From: an uncultured delta proteobacterium
Lineage (GTDB): Bacteria > Myxococcota_A > Polyangia > Polyangiales > JAFGIB01
Length of the DNA stretch: 64,000 nucleotides
Assembly: GCA_963778655.1 (NCBI GenBank)
Contig: CAVZVA010000009.1
Coordinates: 384,001 to 448,000 of the forward strand
Direction of reading: 5' to 3'
The translations under genes were made by a program, and so were the position numbers. The notes beneath the pieces are model-generated. The model was not told the DNA's origin. It was given only the letters and a program-made list of their open reading frames with translations, and searched no databases. Positions 49,210-59,769 of this stretch are shown here, piece after piece (within the stretch, counting starts at the first letter, position 1; each line of letters begins with the position of its first letter).

Positions 49210-49649
49210 ACCTGGCAAACGCTCGACCTGCGGGCAACTCGCTGGCCCGCGCGGCGCGCGCTCGTTGGTCAGCGCTGTTGCGTAAGTCGCCCCGCCCATT
49301 CTTCACGCCCCGAGCTCGAAGGCCTCGTCATACGCCAGCCCAGCGCACTGCTCGAGGCTCTCGCGCTCACTGCTCGTCGCCCTTGACCACGTCGCGTAGG
49401 AGCAGGGGCGACGCCGGCTCCAGCTGAGGCTCGCTGCGCACAGCTGGCATGCAGGTTGCTGGCAACCAGTCGAGCATACCGGGGCGTCGCGTTGTACGCG
49501 CATCGCGTAGGTGCCAAGGCAGCGAGCAGGAGCGGTGGCGGGTTTACGCGAAATGCGGGTGCCCCGCTCCCCCCAACTGATCTGCCTGACGCGCGCGAAA
49601 TGCGGGCGACGTGGAGCGATCAGTTGGAGTCGGGCAGATCAGTTATCGC

Positions 49650-49787
49650 CGGCGCTCGCACAGCGGGCGCAGGCCGAGTACAACCTCGCGGCGGCGCGCG
49701 CGCAGCGACCGCACGCGTTGGGGCAGCAGTAGCCCCTGCTCGCCGATTGCTGGGGACGAGCGGGCTCAGCGCGAGCAGAAGCGAAGC
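49650..49787 (+). repeat. Copy 2 of 138-bp direct repeat (decayed tolC 3' end)
   Basis: Encodes ALAQRAQAEYNLAAARAQRPHALGQQ* versus ALAQQVQAEYNLAAARAQLLHALGQQ* in tolC. Confidence 0.9.
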
Positions 49788-49880
49788 ATCGACGCTTGCC
49801 GTTTCTCATTTTCCCGCCTTCTTTTCGAATCCTGCTGCGGCCTCGCTGCACGCGGGCTGTTCGCCGATTCGGCGCGGCGC

Positions 49881-51260
49881 TCACGGCGCTGGTGCGGGCG
49901 CGGCCGAGACCGCGGGCGCTTGCGCGAGCGCTTGCTGCCAGCGGCCCGAGCGAAAGCGCCGGATCAGCAGGGAGGCCTTGAGCGCGTAGTCGGCGAGCAG
50001 CGCGCCGTAGATCCACTCCACCGGCAGCCGCATCGAGGTGAACACGATGGCCAGGCCCACCCGCCCCAGGATCAGCCCGGTGAAGGTGGTGAACAGCGGG
50101 AAGCGGGTATCGCCTGCGCCGCGCAGCGCGCCCGCGAGCGCGAACTCGACCGCCATCAGCGGTTGCGCCGCGCCCAGCAGGTAGATGAAGGTCACGGTCA
50201 GGCGCACCACTTCGGTGTCGGCGATCATCAGCTGCGCGATCGGCCGGGCGAAGCTCACGATCACGATCGAGAGCAGCGACATCGACCCGACCGCGAGCCC
50301 CAGGGCCCGCCAGCCGCTGTGGGCCGCGCGCTCCGGATCGCCCGCGCCCAGGTGCTGGCCGACCAGCGTGGAGGCCGCGATCGAAAAGCCGAAGCCGACC
50401 ACGAACGAGAGCGAGAGGATCTGCACCCCGATGCCGTACGCGGCCAGGGCGTCGGTGCCGTAGAAGCGCGCGATGATCACGGTGAACGCGATGAAGCCCG
50501 ATTGCACCACCAGCTGTTCGAGCGCCGCCGGGTAACCGACGCCGACCACGGCGCGAACGCGCGCGGCCTCGCGCTCGTCGCCGCCGACCGGCCGCAGCAG
50601 CAGCCGGCCGCTGCGCCACAGCCACAACGTGAGCGCGGCGCTGGCCGCGAACGCGAGGCCGCCCGCGAGGGCCGCGCCGGCGATGCCGATCTTGGGAAAG
50701 CCGAAGCCGCCGTAGACCAGCAGGTAGAGCAGCAGCACGTTGGCCGCGTTGGCCACCGCGCCGATCAGCAGGGGCGTGCGGGTGTCACCGGCCGCGCGCA
50801 GGCCGGCGCCGAGCACGAAGCCGACCGCGAATACGATGCTGAACAGGCTGATCCAGCGGATATAGGTGACCGCCAGCCGTTGCGCCGAGCCCTGCAGGCC
50901 GAAGATCCCGGCCAGCGGTTCGGCCGCGCCGAGACCGATCAGCGTCATCACCAGGGCGAGCGCACAGCCCAGCAGCAGCGAGCTGCGCACCACGCGCGAA
51001 GCCTCGTCCTGCTCACCGCTGCCCCAGGCGCGCGCCACCAGCGCGGTGGTGCCCGCGCTGACCGCCATCAGCGTCGCCTGCAGCACGAAGAACAGGCGCT
51101 GGCCGGTGGTCGAGGCCGCCACCGCGCTCGCGCCCAGCGTGCCGACCACCTTCACGTCCACCAGGCCCACGGTCGACTGCAGCAGATTGGTCAGCACCGC
51201 CGGCCACGCCAGCTGCCACACGCCCGCCGGCAGCGATTCGGACCTGCGTTTCGCATCCAT
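49881..51260 (-). CDS. MATE family efflux transporter
   Basis: LAWPAV, VGTLG, LRAAGDTRTP, VGQHLGAG, LRGAGDT. Confidence 0.93.
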   Translation of the reverse strand: MDAKRRSESLPAGVWQLAWPAVLTNLLQSTVGLVDVKVVGTLGASAVAASTTGQRLFFVLQATLMAVSAGTTALVARAWGSGEQDEASRVVRSSLLLGCALALVMTLIGLGAAEPLAGIFGLQGSAQRLAVTYIRWISLFSIVFAVGFVLGAGLRAAGDTRTPLLIGAVANAANVLLLYLLVYGGFGFPKIGIAGAALAGGLAFAASAALTLWLWRSGRLLLRPVGGDEREAARVRAVVGVGYPAALEQLVVQSGFIAFTVIIARFYGTDALAAYGIGVQILSLSFVVGFGFSIAASTLVGQHLGAGDPERAAHSGWRALGLAVGSMSLLSIVIVSFARPIAQLMIADTEVVRLTVTFIYLLGAAQPLMAVEFALAGALRGAGDTRFPLFTTFTGLILGRVGLAIVFTSMRLPVEWIYGALLADYALKASLLIRRFRSGRWQQALAQAPAVSAAPAPAP

Positions 51261-51431
51261 CGGAGCACCGCCTCGAAACAAGCCAAGCCCGGAACGGCGG
51301 GCAAGCGTAGAGGGTTTGCGGGGCGGCGCAAGGCAACGCGCGCGGGCCTGCGCCTTGCGTGCGCGCGGGGCCGGCTGGGCCGCGGCTGCAGTTGTGCGGG
51401 GCAGCACTGCAGGCCTATGCTGGGCTTCGGG

Positions 51432-53268
51432 ATGACGCGGCGGATCGAGGACTACGCCATGATCGGCGACTGCCACAGCGCGGCGCTGGTGGGGCGCGAC
51501 GGATTCGATCGACTGGTACTGCGCGCCGCGCTTCGATTCGGCGGCCTGCTTCGCCGCGCTGCTCGGCGACGAGGAGAACGGCCGCTGGTTGATCGCGCCG
51601 CGGGGCGAGGTGAAGCAGGTCTCGCGCCGCTACCGCGGTGCCACGCTGGTGCTGGAGACCTTGTTCGAGACCGCCGAGGGGACGGTCGCGCTGATCGACT
51701 GCATGCCGCTCGGGTTGCCGACGCGCTTTCCGCAGATCGTGCGCGTGGTCGAGGGCCGAGAGGGCCGCGTGCCGATGCGCATGGAGCTGGTGGTGCGTTT
51801 CGAGTACGGCGGGATCGTGCCATGGGTGACGCACGAGCCGGGACGGCTGCGCGTGATCGCCGGGCCGGACACGCTGAATCTGCACACCGAGGTGCCGCTA
51901 CGCGGCCACAACTACCGAACGGTCGCCGAGTTCGAGGTCGCGGCCGGAAGCCGCACCCCGTTCATCCTCACGTACAATCGCTCGCACCGCCCCGAGTCGC
52001 TGCCGGTCGCGGCCTGGTACGCGATCGAGCGCACCGAGGCGGCCTGGACGTCCTGGTCGGCGCGCAGCCGCTACGCGGGTGATCACCGCGAAGAGGTGCA
52101 GCGTTCGCTGCTGGTGCTCAAGGCGCTGACCTACCAGCCGACCGGCGGAATCGTGGCGGCGCCGACCACCTCGCTGCCCGAGCGCGCCGGTGGCGTGCGC
52201 AACTGGGACTACCGTTTCTGCTGGCTGCGCGACGCGGCTGTCACGCTGTACGCGCTGCTGCTCGCCGGCTACACCGAGGAGGCGCGCGCTTGGCGCGAGT
52301 GGCTGCTGCGCGCGGTCGCCGGACGCCCTTCTCAGATCCAGGTGATTTACGGCATCGGTGGCGAGCGGCGGCTGCCGGAGCACGAGCTGCCCTGGCTTTC
52401 TGGCTTCGAGGGCTCGTCGCCGGTGCGCATCGGCAACGGTGCGCATGGCCAGCTGCAGCTGGACGTGTTCGGAGAGGTGATGGACGCGCTGCACCAGTGC
52501 CGCCACGCCGAGCTGCAGGGCGGAGCGAGCTGGGCGCTCGAGCGCAAGCTGGTGGATCATCTCGAATCGCGCTGGCAGCAGCCCGACGCCAGCATCTGGG
52601 AGGTGCGCGGCCGCCCGCGACACTTCACCTACTCCAAGGTGATGGCGTGGGTAGCATTCGACCGGGCGATCAAGGCGGTCGAGCTGTTCGGCCTGGAAGG
52701 GCCGGTCGAGCGCTGGAAGAAGATCCGCTCCGAGATTCACACCGAGGTGTGCGCGCGCGCGTTTTCGACCGAGCTCAACGCCTTCGTGCAGTCGTACGAG
52801 GACCAGGCGCTCGACGCCAGCCTGCTGCAGATCCCGCTGGTCGGCTTTCTGCCGCCCCGGGATCGGCGCGTGCTCGGCACGGTCGCGGCGATCGAGCGCG
52901 AGCTGATCGAGGACACCTTCGTGCTGCGCTACCGGACGCGCGCCGCGGTCGACGGGCTGCCCGAAGGCGAGGGCGCCTTCCTCGCGTGCAGCTTCTGGCT
53001 GGTCAACAACTGGGCGATGCAGGGCCGGCGCGACGAGGCGCAAGCGTTGTTCCGGCGCCTGGTCGCCATACAGAACGACGTGGGCCTGCTGGCGGAGGAG
53101 TACGACCCGGCCGCGCGCCGCCAGCTCGGCAACTTTCCGCAGGCCTTTTCGCACCTGGCGTTGATCGACGCGGCCATGGCCCTGTCCGAGCACCCCGCGA
53201 GCGAGGTGCCCCACCGCGTGCACCCGCACCACCGGCACGCGGGGCCGGTGGTGCCAAAGGGCGGCTGA
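51432..53268 (+). pseudogene. Glycoside hydrolase family 15 (trehalase/glucoamylase-like) with a 1-nt insertion near 51503
   Basis: MTRRIEDYAMIGDCHSAALVGRDG continues as SIDWYCAPRFDSAACF only after skipping one base; WDYRFCWLRD, LLAEE, GNFPQAFSH intact. Confidence 0.85.
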
Positions 53269-53423
53269 GCGCGTGCGGCCGCTGCTGCGCTCGCAGGACG
53301 TTCTCCGGCCAGCGCCTCGGGTTGAGCCCGCCCTTGCGGTCGTGCCACCATCACGCCTGGGGTGGCGTTCCGGCCGTGCACAGCCGCGGTGGGGACGCCG
53401 GCCGCACGCAAGCGAGGTGCCCG

Positions 53424-53861
53424 ATGCTTCGAACGCGCCTGATCCTGCCCGCGCTCGTGCTCGCCGCAGCCGTGGGCTGCGGGGGCGACGGGTCCGACTC
53501 CGGGTCCGCCGGAAACCTGTCGCTCGGGCAGCTCTGTGACCCGTCCGTTCCGATGTGCGCGACGGGCAGCTGCCAGGACGTGGTGTCGGGCAACTCGTGC
53601 GACTCGTACAGCTGCACCAACTGGAGCCAGGCGTCGAATCAGGGGACGATCTGCACCAAGAGTTGCTCGAGCGACGCGGACTGCACCGGCATCACGTTCA
53701 GCGCCACCAATGGCGAGCAGACCTCCGCGGAGGACTGGTCCTGCTCGGCGGGGGTCTGCCATGTAATGCTCACCGGGCCGCCCTCGCAGAATACCGACAG
53801 TTGCTCGGGCTGCGGCGGCGCCCTGTGCTCGGGACCCTGCATCGGCTGTCCGCAGTGCTGA
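53424..53861 (+). CDS. Small Cys-rich lipoprotein with a C-terminal six-Cys cluster
   Basis: GAGG SD; AVGC lipobox; ends CSGCGGALCSGPCIGCPQC. Confidence 0.8.
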   Translation: MLRTRLILPALVLAAAVGCGGDGSDSGSAGNLSLGQLCDPSVPMCATGSCQDVVSGNSCDSYSCTNWSQASNQGTICTKSCSSDADCTGITFSATNGEQTSAEDWSCSAGVCHVMLTGPPSQNTDSCSGCGGALCSGPCIGCPQC

Positions 53862-53997
53862 GCCCCGCGTTCGCTCGCGGGCGTTGCCCCCGGCCGCGCG
53901 CCCCCTCGCACGCGGCGATCGATACCCACTAGTTATCACCATCCGCGCCGGAAATAAACCGCTTCCTTCGGTGGCGCGTTCCAGGCGCAATGGCGCG

Positions 53998-55176
53998 ATG
54001 CCGGTCCTTCAGCCGCGGTCCGCCGTCCAGCGCAAGCGCCGGCGCTCCCTGATCGACCTCGAGCTCGACCCCGCGCAGCGCGAGGCCGTGCGCCGGCCCG
54101 TGGGCGGGACGATGCTGGTGCTCGGCGAGGCCGGACACGGCAAGACCACGGTCGCGCTGCATCGCCTTGCGCACCTCCACCGAAGCTCACCGCTCGGGTT
54201 TCGGGCGGTAGTGATCGTGCCGCACGTGGCGCTCGAGCACATGCTGCAGCCGTTGCTCACGCAGCTGGGGCTCGACGTGCGGGTGCGCACCTACGACGCC
54301 TGGGCTCGCAGTCAGGCGAAGCGTGCGTTCGGCGACATCCCGCGCCGGCAGAGCGTGGCGGTGGCTCCCAGCGTCCTGCGCATGAAGCGCAGCGCGGCGC
54401 TGATGCCGTTGCTGCGGGAAGTCGCCGCGCACCCGCCGCGTCCGATCGACGACGACTTCGACGCGCCGCCGCCCCCGACCCGCGCGTACGCGCACCGCGC
54501 CGACTTGCAGCACTTGTTCGGCGACGGCGAGCGCATGCGCAGGCTGGCGCGCGAGCTCGGCCTGGGCGCGTGCGCCGTCGAAGCCATGCTCGAGCACACT
54601 CACGTGCAGTTTCTGCAGCGCTCCGAGCAGCTCTATTCGCACGTCGATGCCGAGCGCCTGGTGACGCTCGACCATCACAGCCTGGACGCCGGCACACCGC
54701 CGGAGAACGCGGGCTCGATCGACCCCGAGGCGCCGCGACCCGAGCGCGTCGTTCGCGATCGTCGGGCGCAGCCGCGAAACGGCGCTGGCTGCGGCGCGGG
54801 CGCTGCGCGGCAAGGTCGCGTGCAAGCTGGTGCTGGGCGAGGAATTCGTGCTGCAACGCGGGGTCGACGTCACCGTCGTCGACGAAGTCAAGGGACTCGA
54901 GCTCGACTACGTGATCGTGCCCGACGCCTGCGCCGGCGCATATCCCGAAAGCCCGGCGCGCGCCGTGCGCTATACGTGGCCGTGACCCGCGCCCGCCACC
55001 AACTGGTGCTGGCGTGCGCCGGCGAGCCCAGCCCGCTGCTGCCTGCGGGCAGCACGGCCGACCCGCGTCGCGGGCGCCGGCGACCGCCCTCGCGCGGGTC
55101 GCGCAGCGCAGCGCCATCCGCGTCCAGCGCGGCGCGGCCGGCCCGCCCCGGTCGAGTCGGCCGCGGCGCCGCCTGA
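53998..55176 (+). pseudogene. HelD/UvrD-like SF1 ATPase with internal deletion and frameshifts
   Basis: LDPAQ, GEAGHGKTTVALHR; motif V (VKGLELDYVIV) in a shifted frame 54728-54957; motif VI LYVAVTRA back in the first frame; Walker B region absent. Confidence 0.8.
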
Positions 55177-55292
55177 ATTGTTTCCGGTCCGTGCAAAAGC
55201 GCGCGGCGCGAGTCGAGGCCGTGATCGGGCACGGCGCGGGCTGAGGTTTTGGCGTAGCCTGTGCCGCGGCGACTCCAACCAACGAGGCGAGC

Positions 55293-56315
<1,023 letters not shown>

Positions 56316-56368
56316 GCGCGTGCGTCGCCCCGGCTCGAAGCTCGGCGCGGGCTTCGCGATCACGGAAT

Positions 56369-56545
56369 GTGCAATTGGGGGGGCTGGTGCAGCACTTCGT
56401 GATGTTCTACGCGACCTGGGACTTCGAGATCATCCACAATCCCGCCGTCGAGCCCAACCCCACTACCGTGCGGGAGGGCGATCTGCGCGAGGATCAGATC
56501 AAGCTGGCGCTGGCGGCACGGGCCCGAGGCAAAGACTCGGTGTAA
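56369..56545 (+). CDS. Putative 58-aa small protein or gene remnant
   Basis: Hand translation MQLGGLVQHFVMFYATWDFEIIHNPAVEPNPTTVREGDLREDQIKLALAARARGKDSV; GC-ending codons; stop 9 nt before the next gene. Confidence 0.4.
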   Translation: MQLGGLVQHFVMFYATWDFEIIHNPAVEPNPTTVREGDLREDQIKLALAARARGKDSV

Positions 56546-56554
56546 GCTGCGCGC

Positions 56555-58315
56555 GTGCGACCGCCTCTGCGTTTCCGCTCGCCTCTGGCTCGCGTCGGCG
56601 CGCGCTGGCTCTGGCTTGCCGCGCTTGCGTGGGGCGCGCGGGGCACGGGCGCGCACGCCGATGCCGGCGCTGCCGGCGCGGCGCGGGTCACGATCTCGGT
56701 GGTCGCCACCAACGACGTGCACGGCCACATCGAGCAGCTGCCGCTGCTCGGCGGTTATCTACGCAACTTGCGCGCCGTCCGCGCGCGCGATCACGGCGCG
56801 GTGCTGCTGCTCGACGGCGGCGACATGCTGCAGGGCACGCTGGAATCGAACCTGGGGGAGGGCGCGGCCACGATTCGCGCGCTCAACGCGCTGGGCTATG
56901 CCGCGGCCGCGGTCGGCAATCACGAGTTCGACTATGGCCCGGTAGGACCGCACGCGGTGCCGCTCGCAGCGGGCGACGACCCGACCGGCGCGCTGCAGGC
57001 GCGCGCCAGGCAGGCGCGCTTCCCGCTGTTGTCGGCCAACCTCGAGCGCAAGCACGGCGGTGTGCCTGCCGTGCCCGGGGTCGTGCCCTCGGCGCTGCTC
57101 GAGGTGGCGGGCTTCAAGGTCGGGGTGGTCGGCGGGCTCACCCGGGATGGGCTGCTGCTGACCCAGGCGCCCAACGTCGCCGGGCTCGAGCTGGTGGACC
57201 TGGCGCAGAGCGTTGCCGGCGAGGCGCGCGCGCTGCGGGCGCGCGGCGCGGCGCTGGTGATTGCGCTGGTGCACGCCGGCGGGGAGTGCCACGACCTGCA
57301 CGACCCGAACGACCTCGCCAGCTGCGACCCCAAGGCGGAGGTGTTCGAGCTGGCGCGGCGGCTTTCGCCCGAGGATGTGGACCTGATCGTGGCCGGCCAC
57401 ACCCACGACGGCGTCGCGCACTTCGTCCACGGCATTCCGATCATCGAGTCGTACGCCAATGGCCGCGCCTTCGGGCGGGTGGATCTCACGCTCGACCCGA
57501 GGGGGCACGTGCTGTTGCGCCACGTGTTCGAGCCTCACCCGCTGTGTCACGAGGCGCTGGAGAAACCCGCGTGCACCCGCGAGCGCTACGAGGGCGCGAT
57601 GGTGCGGCGCGACCCCGGGGTGCAGCACGTGGTGGAGGCGGACCTGGCCACCGCGCGCAAGGCGCGCTCGCGGCGGCTCGGCGTCGTGCTGGTGCACGCG
57701 CTGCCGCGCGTGGCCAAGGCCGAGTCGGCGCTCGGCAATCTGGTGGCGGACGTGTTGCGCCGCGCGTTTCCAAAGGCGGATGCGCTGATCAACAACGGGG
57801 GCTCGCTGCGTACCAGCCTGCCCGCGGGTCCACTGCGTTACGGCACGCTGTTCGAGCTGTTTCCCTTCGACAATACCTTCGCCACGCTGCACATCGATGC
57901 CAAGACCCTGGCCGAGATCATCGCGCGCAACCTGCAGTCCGATCACGGCATTCTCTCGCTCTCGGGGCTGCGCGCGCAGGCGCACTGCGAAGGCGCGCGC
58001 CTGATGGTCGAGCTGCGCAAGCAGAGCGGCGAGCCGCTGGCGCCGGACACCCGGCTCGAGGTGCTGACTAGTGACTTCCTGGCTTCGGGTGGGGACGGCT
58101 TGCTGCGCGGGCTGCCGCTCGCGCCCGCTGCGATCGAGCTCCATCCGGGGCGGCTGATGCGCGATGCGCTGCTGCAGGGGCTGTCGTCGCTGCCGGGCGG
58201 GCGCGTCGACGGCACGGCGCCCGGAGTGTTCGACCCGGCCGAGCCGAGACTGCGCTATCCCGGCCCGCGCCCGGTGCACTGCGAGGCGACCGCGGCCGCG
58301 CGGCCTCCCGGTTGA
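56555..58315 (+). CDS. Bifunctional metallophosphatase / 5'-nucleotidase
   Basis: TNDVHG, LDGGD, GNHEFDYG, VAGHTH, NGGSLR, FPFDN. Confidence 0.92.
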   Translation: MRPPLRFRSPLARVGARWLWLAALAWGARGTGAHADAGAAGAARVTISVVATNDVHGHIEQLPLLGGYLRNLRAVRARDHGAVLLLDGGDMLQGTLESNLGEGAATIRALNALGYAAAAVGNHEFDYGPVGPHAVPLAAGDDPTGALQARARQARFPLLSANLERKHGGVPAVPGVVPSALLEVAGFKVGVVGGLTRDGLLLTQAPNVAGLELVDLAQSVAGEARALRARGAALVIALVHAGGECHDLHDPNDLASCDPKAEVFELARRLSPEDVDLIVAGHTHDGVAHFVHGIPIIESYANGRAFGRVDLTLDPRGHVLLRHVFEPHPLCHEALEKPACTRERYEGAMVRRDPGVQHVVEADLATARKARSRRLGVVLVHALPRVAKAESALGNLVADVLRRAFPKADALINNGGSLRTSLPAGPLRYGTLFELFPFDNTFATLHIDAKTLAEIIARNLQSDHGILSLSGLRAQAHCEGARLMVELRKQSGEPLAPDTRLEVLTSDFLASGGDGLLRGLPLAPAAIELHPGRLMRDALLQGLSSLPGGRVDGTAPGVFDPAEPRLRYPGPRPVHCEATAAARPPG

Positions 58316-58367
58316 CAAGCCGGCCGCGTTCGGGGAGACCGAAGGCGATGGCGTTGGGGAGGACGCG

Positions 58368-59708
58368 ATGACGCACGGCATGGGATGGCGCGCGGCTCGG
58401 GCCGCGCTGGCGTTCGCGCTTTGTGCGGCCTCGGGCTGCAGCCTGTTCAAGTCGTCGGTCAAGCCGGACGGGGCCGCGGCCAAGCCCGATCTGGGGCCGC
58501 CCGGCGTGCCGTTGCTCAGCGCCGGCAACGGCCAGAGCTGCGGCCTGCGCGCCAGCGGCTCGCTCTACTGCTGGGGCAAGAACGCCGACCAGGCGCCGCA
58601 TGGGATCTACCGCCGCGTGGCGACCGGCAACGAGCACGCGTGCGCGATTCGCGCCGAAGCGCCGCGCCAGGGAGAGGTCGACTGCTGGGGCAGCGACAAT
58701 CTGGGTCAGGCCTCGCCGCCAGCCGGGGTGTTCGTGGAGCTGGCGGCAGGCTACCAGCACACCTGCGGCATCCGGCCCGATGGACACGCGGTGTGCTGGG
58801 GCCGCAACGACGCGCAGCAAGCCCAGCCGCCCGACCTGCTGTTCTCGCAGCTGAGCGCCGGCAAGACGTTCACCTGTGGGCTGACACGCGACGGCGCGGT
58901 CGATTGCTGGGGCGGCAACGACAAGGGTCAGACCTCCGCGCCGTCCGGGACATTCGTCGCGCTCAGCAGCGGCACCTACCATAGCTGCGCGGTGGCCAAG
59001 GACGGCAGCCTGGAATGCTGGGGCAGCGATGCCGCGCACCAGCTGCGCGTGCCGGAAGGTCGCTTCAGCGCGGTCGCGTGCGGCTTCGAGCACACCTGCG
59101 CGCTGCGCGTCGATCACACGCTGCTGTGCTGGGGCGGCAACAGCGAGGGCCAGGCCAAGCCGCCCGAGGGTGAGTTCTACGCCATCGCCGCGGGTTGGGT
59201 GCACACCTGCGGCATCCGGCTCAGCGGGGCCGTCGAGTGCTGGGGCCACGACTACTTCGGCGAGGCGCAGCCGCACGCGCAGTTCCTGCACGTCGACGTG
59301 CCGCAGCCCGAGCAGGCGGCGGAGCCAGAAGAGCCCGGAGCCGAGCACGAGCCAGCGGCCGAGGTCGCGAAGCGCGACGAGCACGCGGACGAGAAGGGCT
59401 CGGGCAAGCACGAGCAGGCCGAGGCGCAGGCAGACGAGCGCGCGGGCGGGCACGGCGCCGCCAAGGCCGAGGCGTCGAGCGGCTCGGGGTGGTCGAAGCC
59501 CGACAAGCGGGTGAAGTCGGGTCCCGCGGACATGTCCTTCGCGCTCGACGAGACCGAGGACAAGGGCAAGGCCAAGAGCGCCGAGCCGGAAGGCGGCGCC
59601 TCGGAGCACAAGCAGGGCGACGAGGCCAAGAAGGGTGCGCAGGCAACCCACTCGCATCTGGCCGAGGAGCGCAAGAAGCCCCGCAGCCTCGACTACTTCC
59701 TCAAGTAG
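58368..59708 (+). CDS. RCC1-repeat beta-propeller lipoprotein with a long charged disordered tail
   Basis: About seven AGxxHTCxxxxDGxxxCWG repeats; ASGC lipobox; E/K/A-rich C-terminus. Confidence 0.85.
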   Translation: MTHGMGWRAARAALAFALCAASGCSLFKSSVKPDGAAAKPDLGPPGVPLLSAGNGQSCGLRASGSLYCWGKNADQAPHGIYRRVATGNEHACAIRAEAPRQGEVDCWGSDNLGQASPPAGVFVELAAGYQHTCGIRPDGHAVCWGRNDAQQAQPPDLLFSQLSAGKTFTCGLTRDGAVDCWGGNDKGQTSAPSGTFVALSSGTYHSCAVAKDGSLECWGSDAAHQLRVPEGRFSAVACGFEHTCALRVDHTLLCWGGNSEGQAKPPEGEFYAIAAGWVHTCGIRLSGAVECWGHDYFGEAQPHAQFLHVDVPQPEQAAEPEEPGAEHEPAAEVAKRDEHADEKGSGKHEQAEAQADERAGGHGAAKAEASSGSGWSKPDKRVKSGPADMSFALDETEDKGKAKSAEPEGGASEHKQGDEAKKGAQATHSHLAEERKKPRSLDYFLK

Positions 59709-59769
59709 TGCCAGTTATTGATTCTGCGCTTCCCGTCTTCCCGCCTTGCTGTGAAGCTCCGGTCCGTGC

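Noticed and set aside
49303..49503. 66-aa ORF inside the islet
   Set aside because: No recognisable motif or SD; at best a decayed fragment
47453..49787. Diversity-generating retroelement (VR/TR pair at a gene 3' end)
   Set aside because: Mismatches are not adenine-specific (only 4 of 14 are A in copy 2 and 2 of 14 in copy 1), and there is no reverse transcriptase in the window
51490..51515. Programmed ribosomal frameshift in the GH15 gene
   Set aside because: No slippery sequence and none known to me for this family
49611..52082. 823-aa ORF containing the GH15 N-terminus
   Set aside because: Antisense shadow of the MATE gene joined by chance to the frameshifted GH15 start
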